Below are positions 11,505-24,328 of a stretch of DNA of 64,000 nucleotides, one piece after another. The stretch's first letter is position 1. The number at the start of each line of letters is the position of its first letter. The translations under genes were made by a program, and so were the position numbers. This DNA is from Eukaryota sp. GEM-RC1 (Eukaryota): NCBI GenBank assembly GCA_040285855.1, contig JAUFOQ010000006.1, positions 2,232,001 through 2,296,000 on the forward strand, in the 5' to 3' direction. A model generated the notes under the pieces. That model worked only from the letters and a program-made list of their open reading frames with translations. It was not told the DNA's origin and did not search any database.

Positions 11505-13080
11505 CAGGGGCTTGCAAAATTGAATTGACAATTAATTGGTCATCAACAAGACGTACCAATCAATAATTGTAATAATTGCAATTAATTGAAGCCAATTAAC
11601 CAATTTATCTACATGTATACATAATAGAAACTCGCCAAAAACTACAAAATTTGAGGAAATGAGAATATGGGTGATCACACTTTACAGAAACTAATTATCA
11701 ATCATCTCGTCTTTCACAGAACAGTATTTATTAGCCCAAAAGTTGTTTAAGAGAAACACTTCCTCCACGTCACCATGGAATATGCTCTTTGGGGATACAT
11801 CACTGACAACGTTTCGTTGCAACGGTTGTTTTGGATGTTATACACCAACTTCATTCGAATTCTACTTGACATTTTGCCGTGGGAGAGTGTTGTCAATCAC
11901 TTGTGATTGCACTTCAGCAATCACAGATATATGACCTCATGATATATTTTTGTCGCACGGCAAAAATTGGTCGTGTTTGTCTTTTGTATATTTATTCATT
12001 TTGTATATTTAGTAATAAGAGTTTATTTGCAACAATAAATTAATACATACTAATTCAGAGAATGAAAGAAGTTAAATTCTCCACATCAACACGAGAATTG
12101 TCCCTATACAACTTCGAATAAATGGAACATAAATACTTGGGAATGCTTCTATAAAGAGCGAACATAATTCGATTAATCCATACAGCGCTATTAAACACCT
12201 TGCCATTAGAACGACATAAAAGACTAAAATCACTGAAAAACTTTAAACCAGCTGGACCATTATTACCAAAAATTGAAATGGCAAATGGAATAAATGAAAA
12301 CTTAGAATATAGATTCTCATTAAGCTTCTACAAAGCATCCGCATAATTTGAACACTTTCGTTGTTCAGCCTTTTCCAGATGACCATTCGAATCATTCAAT
12401 ATGGAGTCTTGGCAGACTTTTGCAAACGGGTCAACTGTAGTAAAATCAACCACAACTTGAGATGAATCCAGGAAAGGAGCAATTAAGTCACCACGCCGAG
12501 AATCAAACACGTTATTGTCACTATAATGTTTCAGAAGAGGTAAAATTTTGTATATTTAGTTGTATATTTAGGTTGCCTCATATTTAAATACTAAAAAGAA
12601 ATGCAACTATGTCCCTAAGCTCCATGTTACATTTCAAGAATAAAGACGTATTCAGATGATCGTCTGACAAATTCTATCTTTGAAGGTCATATTGTGCTTT
12701 AACTTGGGAAAACAATCTTTCTACTTCAACACTTGTGGAAGAAATAAATCTCAAATCAATTTTTGAACTATTAACAAGATATCTTTTCTTCTTCAACTGC
12801 CTTCGTCCGTCAGCATTCGCCTATTGGTAAATTATGGGTTGTAGAAGAAGGCGCGGTTGCCAAGTTTTGCGTCATGGGGGTTTGATGATTCGTTTGATTT
12901 GTCGGTTGATATTATGTACAATATTTATTCTGTTTTACAATAAAAACGAGTCGCGTTATTCTCTCAGTATGGACTCTATTAATTGGCAATTAATTGGCAA
13001 TTCTGTAAGCAGTACCAATCAATTATTGCAATAATTTATTGGCAATAATTGGAGGTCCAATTCAATTTTGACAGCCCCTG
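11505..13080. mobile_element. Non-autonomous hAT element (1576 bp) inserted in the MULE
   Basis: TIR CAGGGGCT(TG/GT)CAAAATTGAATTG; 8-bp TSD TCTATAGG. Confidence 0.92.
12016..12540 (-). mobile_element. 3' fragment of CRE-like LINE (RLE domain) nested in hAT
   Basis: RRGDLIAPFLDSSQVVVDFTTVDP matches the RLE motif of the element at 21327-24328. Confidence 0.8.
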
Positions 13081-14421
13081 TCTATAGGGCCACTCCCACA
13101 ACTACTTCCAATCGAGAAGAATTGTTAGAATGAACATGCAGCCACTGTCCAGACGTTGGTGCCCCTCTGAAAACTACTAGTCCATTGATTGTTCGCTCAT
13201 GCATTTCGTGATGATTGTTCTTTCTACCTTCGAAATATCATTCCTATATGACTATGATTGTTATATGAGGGCTTATTGTGCCAAATTGCTATGTTTGCAT
13301 GAAGCTTACGGATCTTACCTTGTTAGGATTGATGAGAGATATCGTTCTTGTTCTGGTCCAAAACACTTGGGATTTCCGTGTCCTCACTTTGCTGCTGTGT
13401 GTAGATTTCTGGGCAAAAGTCATCTGTCATATGTTTCTGAGTTTTTCACCATTCAATACTATCGAGAAACCTATCGCTATGGAATCTATCCCATACAATT
13501 AAGTGAGGACATGGAACACTTGGAGAGAATATTACCACCTTTATATTCAAAGAAAACTGGTAGGAGAAAGAAGAAACGCTATAGATCTAACCGTCATGGA
13601 AGAAAAGAGGCACGTAAAGAATATGAACAAGAGATATTCGACAAGTTGATGATTTCTTTGGGTGAGATAGATGGAGGATGTGAATCAGAAGCGCATCAAA
13701 ACGAGGATGTTGTTGAAGATGATGATAACGAACCGTCCAAATGCGAGGAAAGACTGATGGAGGAATGGGATTTCGACAACTATGTTGGAGAACCATCACC
13801 ACTTGACCCGATTCTCATGTAGAGTAAACTAGTTGTATATTTTTAAGCCAATAAAGCATGTAGTTGAATGAAGTTTGAGAACAGTGATGTCCATTAGATA
13901 CAGAAAAGTTGGAAGAGGTTGGATGACCCTGTTTTGTAAGAACAATGAAAAGTGACCCGATTTTGTAAACAGAAGATGTCAATGAGGTCGATTTTGTAAA
14001 AGCCCCAATTTTGTTCAATCAAATCTTCATTCGACGAGCAGCTTATAAAGAACACATCAGTCATTAATTACTCTGTGTAGTATCCGGATCTCATGGCATA
14101 GTTCAAATACCAAACAAGATATACATAGCAGCTTCCACAAAAAAGCTATACTTATTTTATTGTTTATTGTGTGATAGAACAATACATAAATTGTCCAATC
14201 AAATGTTGAATTGTATTGTAGGCTCAGTTGTAAAATACAAAACACAGTATGTTTCTGTATTTGTATTTTTTCTGTATTATCGTCAATTTTGATGTTTAAT
14301 TTGGTTCGTTTAATCTACCTGTCTGTCAGGATTGATCCGCATACTTTAAAGATAACTCATTGACGTTATGAAGTATCCATAACCATGTTAGTGATCTTGT
14401 CATGACTATTGTTTGATTAGG

Positions 14422-14518
14422 GAGGTTTCAAGGACCCTAATACAAGCAAGGTTCCAATACAAACATAGTAAAGAGTACGCTTGTATAGTATTTACGGTTG
14501 CTTGTATTGAGACCTCGC
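14422..14518. repeat. Short MITE-like repeat (AATACAAGCAA / TTGCTTGTATT inverted motifs)
   Basis: Imperfect inverted ends GAGGT...ACCTC; related sequence at ~10315-10390. Confidence 0.4.
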
Positions 14519-15184
14519 CGACATGTGTTGAATTTTTTTCTGGAAAAGTGTATTTATACTTGGCAACATTTTTCCAGGTCACGTTCACGGCTATTGCGTC
14601 AAGCATTTGGCTGACAATATAGCCAAAAGATTCAGGAGAAAGAATTTATTGCTTGAAGTATGGAAGGCAGCAAGAGCAGTGTCAGTAGAAGAGTTTAACC
14701 TATCAATAACTGCAATTGATGCCATCTCTCCAGGAGCTGCTCAGTATCTCAACAAGGTTGGGAACGAACATTGGGCAACAACATTTTTTCAAGGAGATAG
14801 GTACGGCTATCTTACCAGCAACACAAGTGAATCCTTGAATAGTTGGCTACTCTCAATGAGAGAATTGCCAACTATTGCAATGATTCAACAAATCCGTTAC
14901 AAGTTGACTGATTGGATTAATAATCGCAGAGATGAAGCCACAAAACTGTCTGAGAAGGAATTACCTGTCGTGGAAGATGTGTACAATTATGTCAAGGTAA
15001 ATCTAAAGGAGGGGAAGAAATTCAAGGTCGTGAAGTGTGGTGAGGTCAATGACGAAGTGTATGAAGCAGTGTTTGAAAACCACCCGGGTGGAAATGAAAA
15101 CCACCCGGGTGGCGTCTGGGTGGTACTGGGTCTAGGTGGTAAATTTCTTAACCTCCACTTCCTTCCAACCTCCAACTTCTTCAA

Positions 15185-18177
15185 ATGCCATGGCCTGGAA
15201 AGAAACACCCAGTCTTTGATATGATATCTCCTAATCACGAATATTCTGAGGTTCAATACTCTAGGGGAAAGGTTCACGCTCTCTGTGATTACTGTTACCA
15301 TCCTTTGAATCACTTTCCTGGTAGAATATCTGAACACTTCATCCCTGAGTTACGTGGCAATATCAAGCTTTGTCTTCATCTTGATATTCTTCCAGACGGT
15401 AGTCGTAACGTCGATTCTTTTTAGCTTGTAATCGTCTCCGAACTCTTTTGAAATTACCTAGAATTTGTATTCCAAACACTCCTACAGTAGCTTCTCCAAA
15501 TACACTACGATTGTCCTCTACTATTGTACCAAGCTCTAGCTTGCCACTTGGGAACTCTTTTGATCCGTCTCCCAGTGCTCCTGATGTTATAGAAATTCGT
15601 GAACCTCCTCTGAAGTGCAAACAACTAACAGTGAAAGAGGCGATCTGCCTTAAAGCCGCTGAAAAAAAAGCTGTTGAAGAGTATCAAGACAGTGTCTGCT
15701 TTCATATAGCAAAGTTATTGGCAGCACGTGGACAACCAATCTCTCTAGCAGATTGTGATGAGTTACAGGAACTTCTTACGGTAACATCCTGTGGTAAATA
15801 CAAGCCTGTATGTTCCAAGACCATCCAAACAAAATATCTGCCACAAGTAGAAGATCATCTCCGAAAAGAACTGACCGATTATTTGGAAGCTATCAAAGAA
15901 ACTGGCTGTTCGATTACTACTGACGCTTGGACAATTGTAAATGGTACCGGCTTTATGAATATTGTAATAAATGCCCCTCCTGGTCCATTTTTCTTTGATG
16001 TAATAGATTTAACAAACCAGAAGAAAACTGGAAAATTCATTGCAGATAAGTTAAATGATGTAATTCAACATATAGGAGTACAATATGTTAAATTTGTAAT
16101 TACTGATAATGGAGCTGATTTTACCAAAGCAGGAAAAATCCTCATGAAAGAGCACCAAAAACATGGATTGACCTGGCTTCCTTGTGCTGCTCATACTTTC
16201 GATCTTGCTTTAACCAATGTAGAAGGACGTATTCCCACCATCAAAAATCTCGTTGACATTGCAAAAAAAATTGTCAAATTCATTCGAAATCACAAGACCT
16301 CACGTGATGTTTTTAATCAGATTTCAGAAAAAAATTACTTTTTCCAGGAGAAACCAGATTTTATACTCGGTTTTTATTGCTTCAACGGATAATTGAGTGT
16401 AAGAATGCAGTAATTACTACTCTTCTTCATAGCGATGTTCTGGCAATGATTGGAAAGTTGCCACATGAAAAAAAGATGCAGATGCATGAAATTTTACATC
16501 ATGTTAAAGACATAGAGTCTCTGCCTTGTATTGGCCAGTACTCGTTTTGGGACAAAATAGGTCAAATTTCTCATTTGTTCAAACCATTTGCCGATTTGAT
16601 CCTTTTTTCTGATCAAGATACTCCATATATTGGGAAACTGCTGAACAGAACTGCCGCTGCGTACAACAATACTTTGGACTTGTTCAGAACCATGACTTGG
16701 ATTTCAATTGACGATAGAAATGAAACTAGAAGAATTTTAAAAACTAGAGTGGATGCTGTTCTAACCCGAGCACATATTACTGCTCATTTGTTGGACCCTG
16801 AAAACCAATCCAAACTAGCGGGGTACTCAGGCGAAAGATTAGTGAACTACCTAAGGATTATGAGGGAATATCTTAGTTCTCAGCAAAGAAGATTATGAAA
16901 AGGCCAATACCGACTTTCAAATTTATATGATCCAAAAGGCTCCTTACTACGATGATCCATTTATCTGGGAAGAAGCCCAGAAGCAACCAGCCTATGAGTG
17001 GTGGAAGCTACATGGAACTGATAGTCCACTTAAAACAGTAGCATCGCAGTTGTTGGGACAAATTTCATCTGCATCTTCTGCTGAAAGAAACTGGTCAGCA
17101 TTTGGATTTATCATGAACAAAAGAAGAAATAGAATGAGTACAAAATTGCTGAAGTCTCTCGTTTTTGTCTATTGCAATCTTAAACTCCGAAAGAAGCTTT
17201 TAGTTGCACGTGAGGACTTCCCACAATGGATGGCGGAAGAGATTGTAAAAATGTATGAAGAGATGGAGGCAGCAATGTAAAAATATCTTATTGTTATCTT
17301 ATTGCTTTTCTGACATTCAACAATAAATATATTGTCTGGATTGATATCTTATCTTATTTATTGGTTATCTTGAGTCAAAACAATAAATATATTTTCAATA
17401 ACGACAGTAACAGATCACTAACAAGAATTTGGTCACAGTCATCAACTTTAGCCTGATTGAGGTGTGAGATACTTTATTAGAATTTTCCAATAGAAGTTTG
17501 ATCCCACAGATCAACATTGTACAACAAGAACAGTTGCTTTCCTAACGCTTTTGAGTTCAGATTTGGTTTAGTGTTTTCTGAAGTCCTTCTTAGCTCTACT
17601 GAAAAGCATCCCAGATGTGAAAGCTTTATTCGGTACCCAATAAGGTAACCTTCCTACAAAACTATGAGCATCCCATATTCATTTCTAGTTACAAGTATAC
17701 AATATAAATCTATATATTTTAAATCTTGATTAGTTCGTTGCTGTTTACGTTTGTTCAATCTTTTGTTTAAGCCACCGTGACTGCATGCTCTCTGTTACTT
17801 TGGAGTTCAAATGCTTCAACACAATTCTACTTTTTTCTAAATTGACATCAAGATAAAATCAGGTTACAGAAAGAAAATGAACGTTCTTGAATTATCTTAT
17901 CTTATTGAAATATATCGTATATTGTTGAGTTTTCAAGATAAATATATTGTGGAGAGAGAGTGTCACAATAAGATAACAATTAATATATTTATTGTTATTG
18001 AACAATATATTTATTTATTTTACATTCCTGGATGGAGGTAGAGGAAGAAGAAGAAGTAGAAGACGTTCCTGTGAGACAAGTACAAGCTGAAGTCAATGAT
18101 GACGAAGATGATGACGATATGGAACTCTTTGACCCTTGTTTCCATCAGAACCTACAAGTTCGTGATCATAATGACTG
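15185..18177 (+). pseudogene. hAT transposase (BED-like finger, DDE core, dimerisation domain), frameshifted, with a MITE in the acidic tail
   Basis: CDYC...H...C; TTDAWT, ITDNGA, PCAAH, EWWKLHG, SSASSAERNWS across ORFs 15185, 15448, 16377 and 16927. Confidence 0.9.
17270..18030. mobile_element. Non-autonomous hAT MITE (761 bp)
   Basis: TIR CAG(C/G)AATGTAAAA; 8-bp TSD GATGGAGG; removing it restores EEMEVEEEEEV. Confidence 0.9.
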
Positions 18178-19489
18178 AGGAGATGTTAGATGAATGGTTC
18201 CAATGTTTAGATTAGAATAAAGTATTTTGCTTTTATGAAAGGAGTTTTAGGGTGAGTGATGAGAGTTATACGGATGCATGTATGAGTACAAGTGTATCGA
18301 GGAGAACATGAAAAAAGTGTCTCTCATTTTTAGACCACCCGGTGACCACCCGGGTGGCGTCCGGGTGGAAAATTTTCGAACACTGGAAGTTCTGGACAAC
18401 ATGTCAAGTTTTGTTGTCAAAACGAACGACAACAACTGCACATGTACCTGTAGGGAACCATCCATTTTTGGATATTCTTGTTGTCACGTAGCAGCTGTAT
18501 ATGTGAAGGAAAAGAGATCGCCAATCCTCTATATCAATGAGTGTTTTAGAACCAGTACTTATAGTGATACTTATCACTACGGTATTCCTCCCATTGCCAA
18601 TAGAAACAGTTGGAATCGAGATGAATCAACTGAACAACTTGAGCCGCCTGTCTACGCTAAGCGAACAGAAAGACGTCGGAAGAAGAGGATTCAGAAAAAG
18701 GGGCAACCGAAGAAGAAGATGTCTAAAGTAGATGACGAACAATAGGATCAGATTATGGCGGGAACCTTTCAAAGTGAAGAATCTGATCACGATGAGGTGG
18801 AAGAACCATACTTGTTGATCACAATCTTTTTGTCAGTGTGATCACAATCACAATCACAACCACATCACACGATCACATGTGAATCACAATCACAAATTAT
18901 GATCACAAATACTGTTTATTGGGAAAAATAAAGTTGATAATAATGTATTATATTATTTATACATATCGAACTTACATAACCATACAGCTTTCTTTTGCGA
19001 ACACGATCTATTTCACTGTCCTGAGACCAATCTACATCAATGTGCTCCTCCATATCTGAATCTTCGATCACAAAAGCTTCTCCAATATCCTCTTTATCAT
19101 CCTCGTCCTCATCGTCAACTGTGATGTCGTCACAAACATCTCTCAAATCAACATTTGCTACCACATCCATTGTATTTGCCGGTTGTTCTTCTTCTGCCAA
19201 CAACACTAAAGACCCACATTTCCACATCCAAAAGAAGAAAAATTGAAGACCAATTCCTTTCCATTGTAGATGCTGAACCAGTATGGCCTGTAATTCTTTG
19301 AGCTAATTGACTCAACTGTGAACAGAGTACCACCATTGATGGATAGCGAAATCAATGACTTCAGAAGTAGTAAGTTTTGTGGTAAAATCTATTGTATGAT
19401 AAAAAACGGATTTGTGTGCGGAGAAAAACACATAATAAGATAAGTACAAATAAATAAACACTGTTAAAACAAATTATCAAACGAACTAC

Positions 19490-21324
19490 ATCATCCCTTA
19501 TCTCCTCCCTTATCTCCTCTGGATGGCTCTACCAAAAGAAATCCACAAGTTGTTACACCTTTGCACCAAAAACGCAGAGTTCTACAATTTCTCGACGCTG
19601 AATTTGAAGCAAATAACCAGAGCTCCAAAGGGCTAATGGCCAAAGCCGTCGACCACTTTCCTAATATCTTCACAAGTAGGGTTAGAAATACTAACCTACA
19701 AAAAGTAACCCACTGGTGGAAAATTCATCAACAGAACCATGCAGTAGTGGTACATCCTTCTACTATCAGCAGTACTGTAAGAAACACAAGGAAGCGTGTT
19801 CTGTTGAAAGCCTTGCCAGGAAGAGGAAGAAAGCAGGCTGCATGGGTAACTTGGCTCCACGATGAACTTCTACACGAGTTTGATCGTTTACGTAAAGCTG
19901 GAGTACAATTTTCACCAGGTTTGTTACAAAGTTTAGCCCGTCAAATTTTGAATCATTCTGAACATGTTATGTTCAACTCAAATTTCGTTGCAGCTGGATC
20001 GAATATTTGTTTACATGATCGTATTACTCCCTCATGGATTCAGTTATTTAAAGAAAAAAAATGAAGTGGTGTCCAGAACTGTTTGTGGTAAGTTGATGGT
20101 GTCTGATGCAAAAAGAGAATATATTGACAGATCAGTTGCTTTTCATCTTGGCGTTGTTGCTAGAGCATTTGAAGACGGTTCTCTCGATGAAGACTATGTT
20201 TACAATTTTGATGAAACACATTTTATAATTGACATGGTTAACAAACGAACGTTAGGAGTAAGGGGTGAAGACCAAGTTTCATTCGCGGATGTTGTTTCGG
20301 GGACTGAGGGATTTACTGTAGTTGTGAAGATAAGAGGTGGGTCTAGAGCTAAAGTGACTGCCCCATTTCTGATTTTCAAAAACCAACTGTGCTCATATCC
20401 AATCAAAGGAACAAAGGACGATGATCCTCACGTTTCTTATTGCAGCTCAAAGAAGGGATTTATGACTTCCGATGTATTAGCAAAGTACTTCGCTGAAAGG
20501 AAGGTGAACGCAAAGGGATGTCTATTGAAAAGAAGATCTTGTTTTGTGACAATGTCAGTAGCCATAAGTTAACGACTGAAGTACAAGAAGCTCTTGACGA
20601 ACTTAATGCAGAAATGCGATTTCTACCTGCAAACGCAACTGATTTATATCAACCCTGTGACTCTTTCATCATAGCCAAATTAAAGGAAGAGTGGAAGAGA
20701 TTGTGGGGTGCTAAAAAGTTGGAGCTAATTGAAAATAAGCTATATGCTGAAGGCTCAGGGAAGATCAAAAATCCAGGAAAAAAGTTAATGTTGGACTTTG
20801 CTAAGGAAGCAGTTGATTATGTTAACTCAAGACAAGATGCTTCAGGTATCTCTTTTGCTCGAAAATCCATGATACGGTGTGGCCTCTCGCTTGATGTCGT
20901 GGGACGATGGCAAATTTCTCAGTTGTATCCTCAACGACAAGAAATTATGAGAAAATATCGGCCAAACTTTGATGGTCTCCCCTCCCTCCGAAAGCGTTTC
21001 AAGAGCAAGAAGATCTTCGCAACGTGATGTACCACCGGTTGAAGAGGATATTGTGGAAGTTGATGTTCAACAACCCAATGATGATGATATTATTGATCTT
21101 GAATAGTTTTCTGTTACTTGTTTATCATAAAAACTGTATCAATTAAATTTGAAGTTGACCAAGACTAAATTAAGTCTCCAAGAATTAGTCTTGGTGAGAC
21201 TAATAAAAATACAGTTCATTTAGTCTCACTCATAAATTAGTCTTGGTGAGACTAATTATTATGTGCACACGATTGAAAGTGTCTTAAGAATTAGTCTCAC
21301 CAAGACTAATTGTCAATGACAGTG
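19490..21324 (+). mobile_element. pogo/Tigger-like (DDE_1, CENP-B type) transposon, frameshifted; left end not identified
   Basis: YNFDETHF, FCDNVSSH, LPANATDLYQPCD across ORFs 19561, 19964 and 20518; right end ...TGACAGTG|TA with GAGACTAAT repeats. Confidence 0.85.
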
Positions 21325-21326
21325 TA

Positions 21327-24300
21327 CCTAATTCCGAAAAGTAGTTGCCTTCAAACAACTTGGACAAAATGGAATCAACATATCTATACATAGACCTAAA
21401 AATCGAAAAAGCAAATTTACTCTTCCAGTACGATCTGTTAAACTTCTTGCCAAATTCTGAACACAAATTTTCAAATAAACTTAAAAACTCCTTGGTAGAA
21501 GAACCGAAATTTCCGTACAATGAAACTGCAAAAGGCTGAAAGACAATATTATTGTGTCTTCGTGAATTCAATGCAACAACTTGATGTCCGTACTTAGACA
21601 CTTTAGCGTTCTCAGCGTCTTTCAGCGGATCATTTGAGGGATTCAAAATTTTGGCAATAGCTGAAGCTTTGCAAGGATCAACGGTCGTAAAATCAACAAC
21701 AATTTCTTGGCATGACAACCAAGGGCCAATAAAATCACCACGTTTCTGAGTAGAATCAGGGTGATCTGAAAGATGAGAAAGTAATGGTTCGACTTTGCCA
21801 TGGAAACCATTCGCCTTAAACATTTCCAAACATGTATCTCGAAGACTGTTGTGCAAAATTGAACGACAATATATGAACTTTGAACAATTGACCAAATGAT
21901 GAAAGCTAGCCTTATGTTGGTTTTTACAGATACACGTGCTGTTCTGTAACAAACCAAATGGCCAAAAACCTAAACGAAGTCTCATGTTAACAAGCCATTC
22001 ATGATCTTTTAGATTAAAAATAAATCTCCCTGGCAATTGAGTAATGAAAGTAGATGCTGAATCACTACTCATGTCTTGTAAAAATGCACAGAAAGCGGGA
22101 CTTTTAACTTTAGCCAAGCTAATGCAGTTAGTATAGTCCAAGCTCTCATGGAAAGATACAAATTTCTTCTGAAATTTTCTAACACCAAGAGGAAGGGAAA
22201 AAAGCGTTCGTTGAGGTGTTTCCGTCACAGATGCAGGGAACAAGGATTCCCAAACATCAGGGTTCATACCATCTACAAGATTTTGAAGTGATATAAGCCA
22301 TTGACAAGGCGAATATCGAATGAGATCTTCATTAGACCAAAGTAAGGGATAACGTAACTTAAATTCATACAGCAGATTCTTCAAACATCCTAAAAAGGCA
22401 CCTTCACGCATATAACGAGCTTTGGAAAACCAATTCCACCAAATCTCACAGCAGCAAATGAATGACGATGAATAGAAAGCTTTTTCGACTCTACCAGCTC
22501 TGACAAAAACTCTGTTCTCAGAGCGTTAAAACGACGAGAAAGGTCTATCGTAAGCTCAGGAGGTAACCCACGTAAAAAATGATTGACTTTACCTGCAAAA
22601 CAAACTTGCAAAGTGGCAAAGGATACTTGTTTTCCTACATTCAAATCTAACACATTTCTCAACTTTTGATCAAGAGAATCAATCTTCTTCTCCAGCATAC
22701 TCACAATTTGAGAGGAATTGCCAATAAAGTTTCCAAGAAACTTGATACAATCAGAAGAATAATTAATAAAAGGATTAGCAACACCTTCATGCAAATCAGT
22801 GTCATCCACACGACCAATAACAACACATTTGCTCAAATTGATTGTCAAACCAATTTGACCTGAAAGATCAACAAATCGAGCAAAACTTGGTTTCAAAGTA
22901 TGCATTTTGCCAACCAAAGAAGTATCATCAGCATACGAATTAATCATTATACCAGGAAACTCACTATGGAAAACTCGTAACACTTTCTGCAAAGGCAAAC
23001 AAAAAAGAAAAAGGGCCAAGAGGATCACCTTGCTTCACACCACGAGACGATTTCAAACAAAATTCGTTAAAAATCAAATCAGTAGGACTTCCATAGAATG
23101 CTTCAAAATATGGAACAAGTTCAGGAAAATGCTCCACCAGTTGATCATAAATTGCAGATCTAAAAACACAATTAAAAGCATTCTTGTAATCAACGTTTAA
23201 CAAAAAATTATCAACATCATTCAAAAATAGATCAGTTGTTAGACAAGCACAATTAGTGCCATCCACAATTCCAATTCCATATTGAAATGGTCGAAAGAAT
23301 TCAATCGCCTTCGATTTGATTCTACCAAAACAGATCGATGCTAACAATCTTGAAATACATTCACCAATAGCGATTGGTCTAACGCCACCACCTGGCTTAT
23401 CTAAAGCAACTAACCGACTAGTCTTTAAATCATCAGGACATTTTGCTGGATTCAACAATACAAGATTGAAAAAAACAGCTAAATCATCAGCAATTTCAGG
23501 GCAATGATTGACACATAACTTTAAATGGTCGAAGCTAAGACGAGAAGGACCAGCTGCTTTTCCAGATCTTGATTTATGAATTGCAAGTAAAACTTCCTCA
23601 GAGCTTATGGGTGAATCAATCCAATAATTAGAAGTATTACTTGAATAGTTTAAAGGTTCTTCAAGAGGATGCAACAGTTCAAGTTTGTGAACAGTATCAA
23701 TACTGTTCTCAGCAATGGAGGTTCCATCCAAAACAGATAAAGCCGAAGAGAACTGGCCCCTAAAAACAAGAGATCTGAAGAGACTACGTTCGGTTGTATC
23801 CGAATTAGATGACGAGGAAACAGACTTGTTTCTGACTTTCTTTGCTCGGGAAAGAAAGTAACGCCAAAGAGGAGAGGGATTCCACGAACCCTTACGTAAA
23901 GGATATGTAATTGCTCTCACAGCAGAAACTAAAGAAGAACCCACAGAGGGATGAATGGATAGAGGAATTGGCAAAGGAGGACGAACAGGGTCAGAAGGAG
24001 TACAAGACACACAGCATAGCAGAGGTCTGCCAGCAGAGTTTTTCCCCAGAGCATTAGACCGACAAAAAAGACAAATGGGAGCAGAAACACCAGAAGAAAG
24101 TAAGGAGGGAGAATCAGCAGAAGTAGCATCAAAGAGCGGAACATCGGAAGCAAGCAGATGCTCATGTGACTTAGACAAAGAAAGAGCTCTATCATCCATG
24201 TTGTTTCGAGCAGGGCAGTTTCGCTTATCGTGACATGTTGACGAGCAAACACTACACTTTCTAGGTAAACGACGAAAGCCTGCCTTTTTAGGAGGAGGCT

Positions 24301-24328
24301 TGGCAGGTTTTGACAAAATTGAAACCAT
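21327..24328 (-). mobile_element. CRE-like non-LTR retrotransposon, single ORF (Zn knuckle-RT-RLE), two frameshifts
   Basis: CSVCSSTCHDKRNC; KPGGGVRPIAIGE, DYKNAFN, GVKQGDPLGP, YADD; CICK...HLVNC; RGDFIG...VDFTTVDP. Confidence 0.9.

Larger units (their letters stand above)
11435..14006 (+). mobile_element. Deleted Mutator/MULE element with SWIM-domain remnant (13199-13822)
   Basis: SWIM-like CSG...GFPCPHFAAVC and PPLYSKKTGRRKKKR; TTACAAAAT(A/C)GGGTCA-type repeats inverted at ~11435-11480 and ~13920-14006 ending GCCCC; left end eroded. Confidence 0.7.
15067..18385 (+). mobile_element. Near-complete hAT transposon (3319 bp) with apparent 4-bp TSD
   Basis: TIR CAGTGTT(T/C)GAAAA; subterminal CCACCCGGGTGG palindromes; GAAG on both flanks. 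Confidence 0.9.

Noticed and set aside
15399..15424. 26-nt GT-AG segment that would join hAT ORFs 15185 and 15448 in frame
   Set aside because: No CTRAY branch motif, and one missing T in the adjacent T-run explains it equally well; unresolved without RNA-seq
19455..19480. CACTGTTAAAACAAATTA as the left TIR of the pogo element
   Set aside because: Weak match, not preceded by TA, and lacks the subterminal repeats
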